Below are positions 1 through 10,176 of a DNA stretch of 64,000 nt, one piece after another. Numbering within the stretch: position 1 is the stretch's first letter; every line of letters begins with the position of its first letter. Source of the DNA: Alphaproteobacteria bacterium UBA830 (GTDB lineage: Bacteria > Pseudomonadota > Alphaproteobacteria > MPNO01 > UBA830). The stretch is from the NCBI GenBank assembly GCA_002295635.1, contig DBHK01000025.1, positions 135,898-199,897 of the forward strand, given 5' to 3'. Position numbers and translations under genes: made by a program. The notes under the pieces are model-generated. The model ran no database searches. It was not told the origin of the DNA and saw only the letters and a list, made by a program, of their open reading frames with translations.

Positions 1-1
1 A

Positions 2-343
2 ATACCGGAAGACCTGGAGGACAATGCAGATGTGACGGCAGCGCGTAATGCCCTTGAACTTGCTAATCAAAGTGCCGCTGTGGGTGATTTAGATGTTTTA
101 GAAGCCGCTTTAGGAGCCAACCCTGCAGATCATCAGATTCGTTTCGATTTAGCAGTTGGCCTTTTCGGCGCGGGTCGCCGGGAGGAGGCTATTGAACATC
201 TAATCCAAAGTATGAAGATCGATAGAACATGGAATGAAGAAGCAGCTCGCAAGCAGTTAATCCAATTCTTCGATACAATGAGCCCAACCGATGAGTGCAC
301 AATTGTGGGCCGCCGCAAAATGTCCGCGGTATTGTTTTCATGA
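2..343 (+). CDS. C-terminal part of a thioredoxin-family co-chaperone (YbbN/CnoX-like helical/TPR tail); 5' end lies outside the window
   Basis: The frame is open from the window edge (IPEDLEDNADVTAARNALELA...). The tail is helical and ends ...RRKMSAVLFS. The following LON-domain and Trm112 genes fit the usual alphaproteobacterial neighbourhood. Confidence 0.55.
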   Translation: MPEDLEDNADVTAARNALELANQSAAVGDLDVLEAALGANPADHQIRFDLAVGLFGAGRREEAIEHLIQSMKIDRTWNEEAARKQLIQFFDTMSPTDECTIVGRRKMSAVLFS

Positions 344-359
344 TAATTAAAGATTCCCG

Positions 360-1019
360 ATGACCGGCGTATTCGATCCACCGTTCGAGAAACTTCCAAC
401 GGAGATACCAATTTTTCCGCTTACTGGGGTTCTGCTTTTGCCAGGAGGCAAACTACCGCTGAACCTTTTTGAACCTCGATATCTTAGCATGATGTCAGAA
501 GCACTAGCCGGTCACCGGTTGATCGGTATGGTTCAGCCGACAGGCGATAATGAAGGCGATCAGCCGGAGGTCTACCAAACCGGCTGTGCCGGGCGTCTAA
601 CATCGTTCAGTGAAACCGAGGATGGCCGTTACCTTGTCACACTTAGCGGATATATTCGTTTTGATATTAAACAGGAACTACCGTTGCGCGCGGGGTTTCG
701 GACTATAATACCAGATTGGCTACCGTATCGTGGCGATCTGGCAGAAGTCGATAGCGTTGGCATTGACCGCGACAGGATGTTACGGACCCTAAAAGGGTAT
801 TTTACTGCAAATCAAGTTGATGCAAATTGGGACGCTATTGAAGAAACGTCTACAGATCGACTTGTTAACGCCCTCGCAATGATGTGTCCTTTCCAGCCAA
901 GCGAAAAACAGGCCCTCTTAGAGGCGGAGTCTGTAGTTGATAGAGCGGATGTAATGGTGGCACTGTTAGAGATGTCACTGGCCGCGAACGATGATAACGT
1001 TAATCTACAAAGAAACTAA
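360..1019 (+). CDS. LON peptidase substrate-binding (LON N-terminal) domain protein
   Basis: The N-terminus reads [30 protein letters not shown], the characteristic start of a Lon N-domain. At 219 aa the protein has no ATPase or protease part. Confidence 0.8.
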   Translation: MTGVFDPPFEKLPTEIPIFPLTGVLLLPGGKLPLNLFEPRYLSMMSEALAGHRLIGMVQPTGDNEGDQPEVYQTGCAGRLTSFSETEDGRYLVTLSGYIRFDIKQELPLRAGFRTIIPDWLPYRGDLAEVDSVGIDRDRMLRTLKGYFTANQVDANWDAIEETSTDRLVNALAMMCPFQPSEKQALLEAESVVDRADVMVALLEMSLAANDDNVNLQRN

Positions 1020-1041
1020 TACTGGACCGGGAATATTTTTA

Positions 1042-1236
1042 ATGACACACGAAACAATCGGGATTGATCCAAAATTATTGGAAATCTTGGTCTGTCCTCT
1101 TACCAAAGGTCCGTTGGCCTACGACTCCGTCGCCCAAGAACTTGTTAGCGAGCAGGCACGTCTCGCTTATCCTATCCGCGATGGAATTCCGATCATGCTG
1201 GCCGACGAGGCCAGACTGCTCGACGACGAAAAATAA
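1042..1236 (+). CDS. Trm112 family protein
   Basis: The motif [16 protein letters not shown]...[18 protein letters not shown] is typical of Trm112/YcaR. I chose the ATG at 1042 rather than the track's upstream start, which overlaps the previous gene. Confidence 0.8.
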   Translation: MTHETIGIDPKLLEILVCPLTKGPLAYDSVAQELVSEQARLAYPIRDGIPIMLADEARLLDDEK

Positions 1237-1260
1237 CCCAAAGTCGTATTAGAATTATCC

Positions 1261-1626
1261 ATGGCCGGCAGCGAACCACGCGCGACCGACATCAAGGTAA
1301 ATCGGGTGGAAAAAACGCTGGAGATTATCTTTGATGATGGCACAGATTTCTTATTACCTGCTGAATACCTTAGAGTCGAAAGCCCTTCGGCGGAGGTGCA
1401 GGGTCACGGGCCTGGTCAAAAAATTCTAGTGGCGGGTCGGCGTCATGTTGGAATAGCTAATGTCGAACCGGTTGGCAATTATGCGATTCGCATCGTGTTC
1501 GACGATCTACATGATACCGGTATTTTTTCATGGCGATACCTCTATCAGCTTGGCGCTGAATTCAAAACCCGCTGGGAAGAATATCTTGCTGCAATAGACT
1601 CTGCCGGGCTCCGCCGAGACCCCTGA
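1261..1626 (+). CDS. DUF971 (gamma-butyrobetaine hydroxylase-like N-terminal domain) protein
   Basis: The pattern LEIIFDDG..FLLPAEYLRVESPSAE...VGNYAIRIVFDDLHDTGIFSWRYL matches my memory of the DUF971 family. Confidence 0.7.
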   Translation: MAGSEPRATDIKVNRVEKTLEIIFDDGTDFLLPAEYLRVESPSAEVQGHGPGQKILVAGRRHVGIANVEPVGNYAIRIVFDDLHDTGIFSWRYLYQLGAEFKTRWEEYLAAIDSAGLRRDP

Positions 1627-1672
1627 TATATTGATAGGTACAGCAACCCTCCGGCTGGCGCGACAATAAAAG

Positions 1673-2884
1673 CTAGAGCGGTTGGCCGCGGGCTAACCGC
1701 GGTAGTTCGCCGAGTTGTCCCATAGCATGTTTCATTAGTAGTCTTTTGAGTGGCGGCGACTGATTGACCAGCCCCAAGCCGGCGTCCCGTGCGAGCCGAA
1801 TAGGCGCAATATCATTGGAGAAAAGACGATTCAATGAATCGGTCGCAGCAATCATCATCATGTTATCCGGCTTCCGCCATCTTTCGTAGTGCTCGAGAGT
1901 TGCGGCATCTCCGGGATCAAGACCAAGCCTAAGCCGGTCGACAATAATTTCCGCGAGCGCCGCAACATCCCGAAGGCCAAGGTTCAATCCTTGGCCGGCA
2001 ATCGGATGGATAGCATGAGCCGAGTCGCCAATAAGGGCAACCCGAGGGGCAACGTAACGCCGCGCGTGAACAGCAGAAAGCGGATATAACCAACGCTCCG
2101 AACCGACCCGCACCTCCCCGAGAAAACTCCCAAAACGGGAGTGCAACTCTTCGGCGAAGGTAGCATCATCAAGTTTAATTATTTTAGCAGCGAATTCATT
2201 TCTCTCGGTCCAAACAATCGAGGATCGGTTTTTCGTCATTGGTAGAATCGCGAACGGGCCCGATGACAGAAAATGCTCATGAGCTACACCTTGGTGAGAA
2301 ACCTCGTGCTCTACAGCGCATACGATGCCTGTTTGGGGATAAGACCAACTCACCGCATCTATCCCAGCCATTTCCCGCACTGCAGAATGGCGCCCATCGG
2401 CGGCAACTGCCAACCGAGCCTCAACACTTCTACCGTCATCAAGATCTAGCGACACATAGCTAGGATAAAAATGGGCGGCAGACAGAGGTACCTTTTCTAA
2501 AACCGGCAAACCTCTCTTCTTAACCTCTTGAGCGAGCGTACGACGAATGTGCGCGTTCTCGACGATCCATCCAAGGGGACCCTTACCCAAATCGCGGTGG
2601 TCGTAGTGGAGAAACAGCGGCGACGTGCCGTCTGCGACACGGATCTCTAAAATCGGCTCTGCAGAGGCCGAGAGCGGGCCCCATAGTCCCGTACCATTTA
2701 GGATAAGTTGTGATCCCGCAGAGACTGCCGAGCCGCGGCCGTCAAAAGTAGCCGCGGCCATATCGTCAAGGCTACCCCGCTCGATCACAACCACTCGGGC
2801 GCCTACTCCAAGAAGATTGAGAGCGAGAGACAGCCCAACTATGCCTCCGCCTATAATTGCTACGTCAAAACGCTCTTTATTCAT
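1673..2884 (-). CDS. UbiH/UbiF/VisC/Coq6-family FAD-dependent ubiquinone biosynthesis hydroxylase
   Basis: The N-terminus carries the FAD fold DVAIIGGGIVGLSLAL. A later GDSAHAIHPIAGQGLNLGLRD motif is typical of the flavoprotein monooxygenase family. Confidence 0.85.
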   Translation of the reverse strand: MNKERFDVAIIGGGIVGLSLALNLLGVGARVVVIERGSLDDMAAATFDGRGSAVSAGSQLILNGTGLWGPLSASAEPILEIRVADGTSPLFLHYDHRDLGKGPLGWIVENAHIRRTLAQEVKKRGLPVLEKVPLSAAHFYPSYVSLDLDDGRSVEARLAVAADGRHSAVREMAGIDAVSWSYPQTGIVCAVEHEVSHQGVAHEHFLSSGPFAILPMTKNRSSIVWTERNEFAAKIIKLDDATFAEELHSRFGSFLGEVRVGSERWLYPLSAVHARRYVAPRVALIGDSAHAIHPIAGQGLNLGLRDVAALAEIIVDRLRLGLDPGDAATLEHYERWRKPDNMMMIAATDSLNRLFSNDIAPIRLARDAGLGLVNQSPPLKRLLMKHAMGQLGELPRLARGQPL

Positions 2885-3386
2885 ACGTCATACATGGCCC
2901 TTGAGGAGAGAACTGTCCAGTGCCGGCGCAGAGTAGTGATTAAGTATCGTGCAAAAACTAATAAATGCTGTTCTGTTAAGAATTTCCCAGCCCGGTTTCA
3001 GGAACTCTCCGGGGGACTGCATCCATTCTGGATGTAAAACACGGTCTGGAACGGGCTTTTCAGGTAATCTTCTATAATTGATAGAAGGCGCCCACGGACA
3101 GTCCTAAATCGCAAAAAGCTTACAAGCTACTTTAAACACACCGGTTCTCGCCACCGGTACTTGTAAATGACTCGATCCAATTCAGACGGCCGAGACGGCT
3201 ATCAACGCGGAGGCGATATCGGGTTAAATAGGTGCTACTTGCGGGATTATTTCGCAACACCATTTTATTGGCCTCGGTCAAACTGGCACCGTATCTCCGG
3301 TGCGGTTCCCTAGCTGGGGAAGAACCGGTTATAATAGATAGAAGATTGGGGGGGTGTCGTTTCCATATTTGAAAGGAGGGCTGTGG

Positions 3387-4220
3387 GTGTCATCCACTGA
3401 AGACTTTTTTGTTCGTTTCTGGGGTGTTCGTGGATCAATCGCTTCTCCAGGACCCCAAACGGCCGAGTATGGAGGCAATACATCATGTATTGAGATTCGC
3501 TGCGGGGGGAATCCTCTGATCTTTGATGCAGGAACGGGACTGCGGGATCTCGGGGAAGCCATCGCGGCAGACGGCGTAAAGGATTTAGATCTGTTTCTGA
3601 CACACACACATATAGATCATATCGCTGGATTCCCCTTCTTTCGTCATGCGTTCCAGCGCGGAAACACACTCCGCGTTTGGTCCGGCCACTTGGAGAGTGC
3701 CTCAAGCACCGAAGGGGTCCTGCGCCAGTATATGTCCGAGCCACTATGGCCTGTACCAATAGATATATTCAGCGCGGATGTAAGTTATCATGACTTTCGC
3801 GCCGGTGACACGTTAAACCCTTGCGAGGGCGCAAAGCTACGTACAGCACCATTAAACCACCCCCAGAACGCTACTGGTTATCGGGTCGATTTCGGGGGTA
3901 AAGCAATATGTTACATATCAGATACTGAGCAGCGAGAAGACGGATTGGACCCGAATATCCTCGAGTTGATCGACGGCGCTGATATCGTAATTTACGACTC
4001 TACATATACGGACCGTGAATACCCTAATTATAAAGGCTGGGGCCACTCCACCTGGCAAGAAGGCGTGCGGCTCTGCGATGCGGCCAGTGTAGGCACCCTC
4101 GTGATATTTCATCATATGCCTGAGCGCACCGACGCCGATCTCAACCTAATCGCTGAAGAGGCTGAAAGGACGAGACCGGGTACCATAGTTGCTCGCGAAG
4201 GCATGACTCTCTCACCCTAA
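3387..4220 (+). CDS. MBL-fold metallo-hydrolase
   Basis: The protein has FVRFWGVRGS..., the metal motif THTHIDHIAGF and a later HH motif. I chose the GTG at 3387 because AGGAGG at 3374-3379 lies 7 nt upstream. The track start at 3354 has no such site. Confidence 0.8.
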   Translation: MSSTEDFFVRFWGVRGSIASPGPQTAEYGGNTSCIEIRCGGNPLIFDAGTGLRDLGEAIAADGVKDLDLFLTHTHIDHIAGFPFFRHAFQRGNTLRVWSGHLESASSTEGVLRQYMSEPLWPVPIDIFSADVSYHDFRAGDTLNPCEGAKLRTAPLNHPQNATGYRVDFGGKAICYISDTEQREDGLDPNILELIDGADIVIYDSTYTDREYPNYKGWGHSTWQEGVRLCDAASVGTLVIFHHMPERTDADLNLIAEEAERTRPGTIVAREGMTLSP

Positions 4221-4232
4221 CCCGACTGTCTA

Positions 4233-5081
4233 GTGATAACACCTATTACACGAATAAGATGGCGAGCACTCCGAATGGGGTTACAGACTGTGCTTTGCGG
4301 AAAACGACTTGGTTGGTTTATACCTTACCGGTATGCAGCGTCTGTAACTGAGCCGGACGGATACCCAGCGCTCGAACCTTTCTTCGACGCTGCCCAGCCC
4401 GCCTTTGAGGCTGTCCTTGACAATATCGACGACTATGCTGATGAGTTAGAGGTAATCGGCACGGAACCCTCGCCACAGCCGCGGTGGCGCCAAGGCTGGT
4501 TTCCTCGCCTAGATGCAGCGGCTGCATATACTATGGTGCGTGACCGCCAACCTCGACAAATTCTCGAAATCGGCTCAGGTCATTCTACCCGATTCATGGC
4601 CCGGGCTGTCTCGGATGGTGACCTGTCAACACGTATTATTTCGATAGATCCCGCACCTAGGGCATCTATCAACAAGATTGGCGTCGAACACGTGGCCTCT
4701 ACCCTACACAGGGCAGATTCAAAAATATTCGACTCTCTCGTCGCCGGGGATTTCTTGTTTGTGGACTCCAGTCATATAATGATGCCCGGTACAGATGTTG
4801 ATTATCTCATAAACGATATTTGGCCGCGCCTCCCGCCCGGCGTCATCTTCCATGCTCATGATATATTGCTACCCGACGGATATCCGGCCCACTGGAGGTG
4901 GCGAGGATACAACGAACAATTGGCGATCGCGCCGCTGATCGTCGGAAACGCCGCAAGGCTTCTTTTTGCCAGCCGGTTTGCAATTACTCGAATGAAGGCA
5001 AGGGTGGATCAAGGGGTCATCGGGCGACTAGACCTGTTTGATGGTGCGATCGAGACTAGTCTGTGGCTTGAGAAATCGTAA
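4233..5081 (+). CDS. Class I SAM-dependent methyltransferase-like protein
   Basis: A glycine-rich SAM-binding loop, ILEIGSGHSTRFMA, is followed by an acidic strand (ISIDP). The start is GTG and is uncertain. Confidence 0.6.
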   Translation: MITPITRIRWRALRMGLQTVLCGKRLGWFIPYRYAASVTEPDGYPALEPFFDAAQPAFEAVLDNIDDYADELEVIGTEPSPQPRWRQGWFPRLDAAAAYTMVRDRQPRQILEIGSGHSTRFMARAVSDGDLSTRIISIDPAPRASINKIGVEHVASTLHRADSKIFDSLVAGDFLFVDSSHIMMPGTDVDYLINDIWPRLPPGVIFHAHDILLPDGYPAHWRWRGYNEQLAIAPLIVGNAARLLFASRFAITRMKARVDQGVIGRLDLFDGAIETSLWLEKS

Positions 5082-5176
5082 CTTAATATGGTGTTCTATG
5101 GGGGGCCCGGACTTTAAACTAACTAAATGGTATGACGCCAGTAACCCTCGCCGTACTAAGTACGTCAGTGTAAGCT

Positions 5177-6016
5177 TTGCTCGTGAACCCAATCTTCAAT
5201 TCCGCCACTAATTTCTTTCGCCACCCTGTTGCAAGGCGGAGACCATTTCGTACTCTTGCACGTGTCGCGGTCTGGCAGTTCGTTAGCCGCGCCCAAGATA
5301 GAGTCAAGAAAGATTGGTTGGATGGTACATGCTTAATCGCCGGCAGAGGCATGACCGGATTAACCGGAAACATCTATTACGGCCTGCACGAATTTCACGA
5401 AATGGCGTCCGTTCTCCACATATTGCGAAGCGGCGATGCTTTCGCTGATGTTGGAGCAAATGCAGGGGCGTATACTGTACTAGCCAGCGGCGTCGCGGGT
5501 GCCAACACAGAAGCCATTGAACCGGGTCGGGCTGCGCTTTCGGCCCTTAAAACTAATATCACGATGAACGCCCTCGATAGACAGGTCACAGTTTACGAAT
5601 GTGCCGTCGCGGCGGTCCCCGGCGAGGCTTCTTTTACTGAGGGCGCCGGGACTATGAATCGCTTGACAGAGACGGGAACTCGGCGAGTCCCGGTAATGGC
5701 CCTCGACGGGCTAAGCCGAATTCCAACGATGATAAAGATCGATATCGAGGGCGGCGAAATGGCGGCTTTTCATGGCGCGCAGAAAATTCTTGGTTCGGAT
5801 GCGCTTCTTTGTATAGTTTCGGAAAGCCACGACACCGAAATAAGCGGATTTCTCGCTGATTTTGGCTTTGCCAAGTATCGCTACAATGCACTTACTCGAA
5901 CCTTTCACGAGGATGTGAGGGGCCGAGAAAGTGCCTGGTTCGTGCGCGATATGGTGGGCCTGTTAGAGCGGATTAACGACGCGAGGAAGACCGAAGTTTT
6001 CGGCGTTTGGGTTTAG
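5177..6016 (+). CDS. FkbM-family methyltransferase
   Basis: The pattern FADVGANAGAYTVLAS ... IKIDIEGGEMAAFHGA is typical of FkbM family methyltransferases. The start is TTG and is uncertain. Confidence 0.75.
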   Translation: MLVNPIFNSATNFFRHPVARRRPFRTLARVAVWQFVSRAQDRVKKDWLDGTCLIAGRGMTGLTGNIYYGLHEFHEMASVLHILRSGDAFADVGANAGAYTVLASGVAGANTEAIEPGRAALSALKTNITMNALDRQVTVYECAVAAVPGEASFTEGAGTMNRLTETGTRRVPVMALDGLSRIPTMIKIDIEGGEMAAFHGAQKILGSDALLCIVSESHDTEISGFLADFGFAKYRYNALTRTFHEDVRGRESAWFVRDMVGLLERINDARKTEVFGVWV

Positions 6017-6052
6017 AATTCAGTTTGGCCCCCGCCGGCAGGTTTTCCCTCG

Positions 6053-7252
6053 TTATTTGTATGGATCCGCCGCATCTCGAAGGCCGTCGCCGAAGAAGTT
6101 AAATGCCAGGATTACGATGATAACTGGTACCACCGGCAACATCAGCCAGGGATAAAGTGCTACGACGTTGATGTTCTGCGCTTCGGCTAGCAGAACCCCC
6201 CAACTGGTGATCGGCGGGCGTAGACCTAGGCCGAGAAACGAAAGGGCTGTCTCTCCTAGGATCATTGCTGGAATAGACAGGGTGGCTGAGGCGATTAAAT
6301 GACTCATAAAGCTCGGCATCATATGTCGCCAGATTATACGGCCGGGCTTGGCGCCCATCAGGCGGGCAGCCGACACAAAATCCTCCTCGCGCACCGCTAA
6401 AAGCTTTGATCTCACTGCTCGGGCAAGCCCGGTCCAGTCCAGAAGGCCGAGGATGATCGTAATGCCAAAATAAATTAGGATAGGGCTCCACGTCACTGGT
6501 AGCGCCGCAGATAGCGCCATCCACAATGGCAGTTCAGGGAAGGACCGTATAACCTCGATTGTCCGCTGGGTAACATTGTCCACCCAACCGCCGTAATAAC
6601 CCGCCAAACCACCGAAGAACATACCCAGCATAAAGCTGATAGCGATGCCGATGATGCCGACAGTGAGCGAGATCCGCGTGCCCATCACGATACGTGAAAA
6701 CATGTCACGTCCTAGCCGGTCGGTCCCTAGCAGAAAAAAGGTGCCATTTTCTGGCGGACAAATCAGGTGAAACCGCATCTCTATCAAGCCCCAAAATTGA
6801 TACTTATCCCCGAGACATAAAAAGCGGATTGGGTTTACCTGATTGGGGTCGTCTTCGTATTCGCGCTTAAGGTTTTCCATGTTGAGCGTATATTTCAGAC
6901 CGTAGGTGAAGGGTGCGCTTATACCCCCGTCATGGAAAAGGTGTAACGACTGGGGAGGGGCGAAGATGTGTTCAGTGTGCCGGGTGTTCATGTTGTAGGG
7001 CGCGATGAATTCACTGATCAGTACCGAGAAATATATCAGCGCAAGAATTGCGCCCGACCAGACCGCTAGCTTGTGTTTTCGAAAGCGGATCCACATCATT
7101 CGCCATTGCGACGCCATATAGATGCGTTCCTGTTCTGGGGTCAGCGCCTCGGCGACGTGGGGGTCGAACGGTTGATCGGATACCCAGTGTTCGAGACGAT
7201 CGCTTCCGGGCGCCCCATCCCCCGATGATCCAGATTGCGATGGGCTGCTCAT
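6053..7252 (-). CDS. ABC transporter permease, Opp/Dpp (DppC/YejE-like) family with N-terminal extension
   Basis: It is a multi-TM protein with the BPD-transport EAA-like region (ARLMGAKPGRIIWRHMMPS) and a C-terminal DGLRDAADPY. Its ATG overlaps the upstream stop (ATGA at 7249-7252). Confidence 0.85.
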   Translation of the reverse strand: MSSPSQSGSSGDGAPGSDRLEHWVSDQPFDPHVAEALTPEQERIYMASQWRMMWIRFRKHKLAVWSGAILALIYFSVLISEFIAPYNMNTRHTEHIFAPPQSLHLFHDGGISAPFTYGLKYTLNMENLKREYEDDPNQVNPIRFLCLGDKYQFWGLIEMRFHLICPPENGTFFLLGTDRLGRDMFSRIVMGTRISLTVGIIGIAISFMLGMFFGGLAGYYGGWVDNVTQRTIEVIRSFPELPLWMALSAALPVTWSPILIYFGITIILGLLDWTGLARAVRSKLLAVREEDFVSAARLMGAKPGRIIWRHMMPSFMSHLIASATLSIPAMILGETALSFLGLGLRPPITSWGVLLAEAQNINVVALYPWLMLPVVPVIIVILAFNFFGDGLRDAADPYK

Positions 7253-8247
7253 CGTTTTGCCCCCCCGCCCAGTCGGATTCGGGGGTCAAGCATGGCGAGC
7301 AGGATGTCTGAAATAAACACGCCGACGACCGTCAATAGAGATAGGAACATTAAAAAAGACCCGGCAAGGTACATATCTTGGCTTTGCAGCGCCCGCAGCA
7401 GCATCGGCCCGGTAGTCGGCAGGGACAGCACCACAGATACAATTACCGCTCCAGAAATGACCTGCGGTAGCAGATTACCAATGTCGGCGATGAACGGATT
7501 TAGAGACATGCGCAGAGGGTACTTTATCAGCAGCTTACGAGGCTTTAGCCCCTTGGCTCGGCCAGTAACCACGTATTGCCGTTGCAGCTCGTCAAGCAGG
7601 TTCGCGCGCAGCCGGCGGATCATTCCGGCCGTCCCCGAAGTACCGATAACGACCACCGGCACCCAAAGATGTTCGAGAATCGATAAGAACTTGGCCCAGG
7701 TCCACGGCTGTCCGATGAACTGATCGTCCATCAGCCCCCCAACCGAGGTGCCAAACCATCGGTTAGCGAGGTACAGAAGGACCAGCGCTAAAAGAAAATT
7801 AGGGGTCGCGAGACCGAGAAAGCCAAGAAAAGAAAGGCTATAATCTCCCCAAGAATACTGGTGCGTGGCCGAATAGACACCGATCGGGAACGAAACTGCC
7901 CATGTAAACAAGATGGTTGTGAACGACACTAGAAAGCTGAGCCACAGACGATCTCCAACAACCTCGGATACAGGCTGATTGTGCTCAAATGAGAAACCGA
8001 AATCGCCCTGCAGCATGCCAAACAGCCACATTAGGTATTGCTGCCACCAGGGTTTGTCGAGGCCATACTGCTCTCGCAAGAAGGCGATCTTAGCCTCATC
8101 GACCGCTTCGCCCTGACTTTGAAGTTCATTAATGTAGCTGCTCAGATAGTCGCCGGGCGGCAGTTGGATAATAACGAAGACTATCAGACTAATCGCGAGT
8201 AGCGTGGGGATCATAATTAGCAAACGATGGCCAAGATATTTGAGCAT
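7249..8247 (-). CDS. ABC transporter permease, Opp/Dpp (DppB/YejB-like) family
   Basis: The N-terminus is MLKYLGHRLLIMIPTLLAISLIVFVII. The protein contains TGRAKGL and ends in DPRIRL, both typical of DppB/OppB permeases. Confidence 0.85.
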   Translation of the reverse strand: MLKYLGHRLLIMIPTLLAISLIVFVIIQLPPGDYLSSYINELQSQGEAVDEAKIAFLREQYGLDKPWWQQYLMWLFGMLQGDFGFSFEHNQPVSEVVGDRLWLSFLVSFTTILFTWAVSFPIGVYSATHQYSWGDYSLSFLGFLGLATPNFLLALVLLYLANRWFGTSVGGLMDDQFIGQPWTWAKFLSILEHLWVPVVVIGTSGTAGMIRRLRANLLDELQRQYVVTGRAKGLKPRKLLIKYPLRMSLNPFIADIGNLLPQVISGAVIVSVVLSLPTTGPMLLRALQSQDMYLAGSFLMFLSLLTVVGVFISDILLAMLDPRIRLGGGAKR

Positions 8248-8259
8248 ACTATTCTGATC

Positions 8260-10176
8260 CTACCGCTGGGGCTCGCGCCGTTCGGCGTTATCAAACCAAA
8301 AGGTATCCGGCCGATAAATGCCAAAATGGGCACCTGGATTCCAGTTGTAGATGCCTTTGTCGGGTAAATTTCGGAGGTCTTTATTCACAACTACCGGCTG
8401 CGGCACCGAACCGATTAGACCAATCGAATAAACCTGATCGGCATTGATTTCCAGCATGCGCTGCCAAATACCCTGCCGCTCGCGGCGGCTGCGAGCATAG
8501 GCCCACGCCCTATTCAGCTTAAGCAGTTCCAGTGCGAAGGGGTCAGACGGTCGTTCGCCAGCGCGGGACTGAGTTTGGAAATACTGGCCCCATTTGGGCC
8601 ATTGAAGTTGCAGCTGGTCGGTAGGCGCGAATTCGGCCGGGATGGTGTCCGCATTTGGGATGCCGAATTCGTGGCCAGACCAGATTGACACCAGAGTTTC
8701 TCCTGCGAAGATCCGGTTACGGAACACCTCGCGTTGCGACGGACGCGTAAACAGTTTGATGCCCGCCGCCAGCCATGAATCATGAATGAGTTCCAGAACG
8801 TCTGTTTGTTCTGTATCTTCGCCCGCGGTTTCGACGATAATTTCCATCGGACGACCATCAGGCAACAGCCGGACGCCGCGTGAATCTCGCTTTAATAGGC
8901 CGAGTTCGTCCAGTAGCGAGTTAGCACTCACCAAGTCGAACTGAGCCCACGCATCGCGGTAGGCTTTTTTGTGAAGAGGGCTCGAGGGCAGCACGGTATT
9001 CTGCCCCTCGATCGCTAGACCGTAATATATAACTTGGTTAATTTCATGGCGGTTAATTGCGAGTGATAAAGCGCGCCGGAACTTCACGTCCTGCATTAGG
9101 TTACGCCAAACGTCGTCTTTCACATTCAAATTGGGGAATAGCGCTAGATGCGAGCCCTTTGCTGTCTGCCACAGACGAACTTTGAAATTTTCGCGCTTCT
9201 CGGCTTCCTTAAGGAACGTGTAGTTATTGAACGCTATACCGCGTGCTTGAAAATCTGATTCCCCCGCACCCGTTTTAAGCGGAATTACGCCGGCCGCGGC
9301 GATGGACATGGCAATCCGGTCAGTATACGGCAACTGGCGACCGTTTTGATCAACGCGATGATAAAAAGGATTGCGCTCAAAAATAAAGCGCTGCGCCGGC
9401 GGTTTTGTAAGTAGGAGCCAAGGCTGGAGTGTCGGTAGGTCCGGATTATCGTTTTTGTACTGGTTATCCCGCCGGTTATGAAGGGCTGCCCAGTTCCGAC
9501 GCCCCGATTTCTTCACCTTAGTGCGCAGTGTATTTGCTTCGGCGTAATCTGCGTGAAACTGCTTAAGATAATGTGACGGCCGATAGATATAGAGTGGCGT
9601 AGCAGATGCCAGCGCCGGCAAAAAATGAGGGTTTGGGAGACTCCATGAAAAACGCACAGTGTGCCTATCAATGACTTCAAACTTTGCGGCCTCGCCCGAA
9701 ACTACCATCTGTTTTGGTGCCCCGAGTGGCGATAGCTTTTTGTGGTTGGCGATATCCTCCCACCAATAACGGAAATCTTCAGATGTAAAGAGTGTTCCGT
9801 CTGACCAGCGATGGCCCTTACGAAGGCGTAGTGTAAATATTCGGCCCTGTTTGACGTCGACTCCGGCGAGGATATCCGGCTGCAGCGCAAACTGCGTGTC
9901 GTAGGTCATCAAACGCGCGTAACCGTATACAACGATGATCCGCGTATCCTTCGAACGACCAAAAACGACGCGCATGGTGCCGCCGTGTCGACCCGGATTT
10001 TCTAGCTGGACGATGCGCGGCTCCTGCGGCAGGCGCGCGGTGATGGGCGGTAGTTTGCCAATCGCAATATCGTTTTTAAACCAAGGTGTTTCTAAAGGTT
10101 TTGCTGTTTGCGCGACGGCTGCACCAAAAACAAAAGTGCCGGCGATCAAGACGGTGGATCGTATTATACTCTTCAT
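8260..10176 (-). CDS. ABC transporter substrate-binding protein, family 5 (peptide/oligosaccharide/opine type)
   Basis: It has a signal peptide ([25 protein letters not shown]). At 638 aa its size and composition fit YejA/OppA-like binding proteins. Its ATG overlaps the stop of the ATPase gene (10173-10176). Confidence 0.8.
   Translation of the reverse strand: MKSIIRSTVLIAGTFVFGAAVAQTAKPLETPWFKNDIAIGKLPPITARLPQEPRIVQLENPGRHGGTMRVVFGRSKDTRIIVVYGYARLMTYDTQFALQPDILAGVDVKQGRIFTLRLRKGHRWSDGTLFTSEDFRYWWEDIANHKKLSPLGAPKQMVVSGEAAKFEVIDRHTVRFSWSLPNPHFLPALASATPLYIYRPSHYLKQFHADYAEANTLRTKVKKSGRRNWAALHNRRDNQYKNDNPDLPTLQPWLLLTKPPAQRFIFERNPFYHRVDQNGRQLPYTDRIAMSIAAAGVIPLKTGAGESDFQARGIAFNNYTFLKEAEKRENFKVRLWQTAKGSHLALFPNLNVKDDVWRNLMQDVKFRRALSLAINRHEINQVIYYGLAIEGQNTVLPSSPLHKKAYRDAWAQFDLVSANSLLDELGLLKRDSRGVRLLPDGRPMEIIVETAGEDTEQTDVLELIHDSWLAAGIKLFTRPSQREVFRNRIFAGETLVSIWSGHEFGIPNADTIPAEFAPTDQLQLQWPKWGQYFQTQSRAGERPSDPFALELLKLNRAWAYARSRRERQGIWQRMLEINADQVYSIGLIGSVPQPVVVNKDLRNLPDKGIYNWNPGAHFGIYRPDTFWFDNAERREPQR

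Noticed and set aside
3310-3759. A 149-aa minus-strand ORF overlapping the start of the MBL gene
   Set aside because: It overlaps a motif-bearing MBL hydrolase gene on the other strand. It has no recognisable domain, and its 3' end runs into the intergenic region.
7235-7723. A 162-aa plus-strand ORF overlapping the permease gene 7249-8247
   Set aside because: It is antisense to a permease with typical TM and EAA features. Its composition is arginine-rich and shadow-like.
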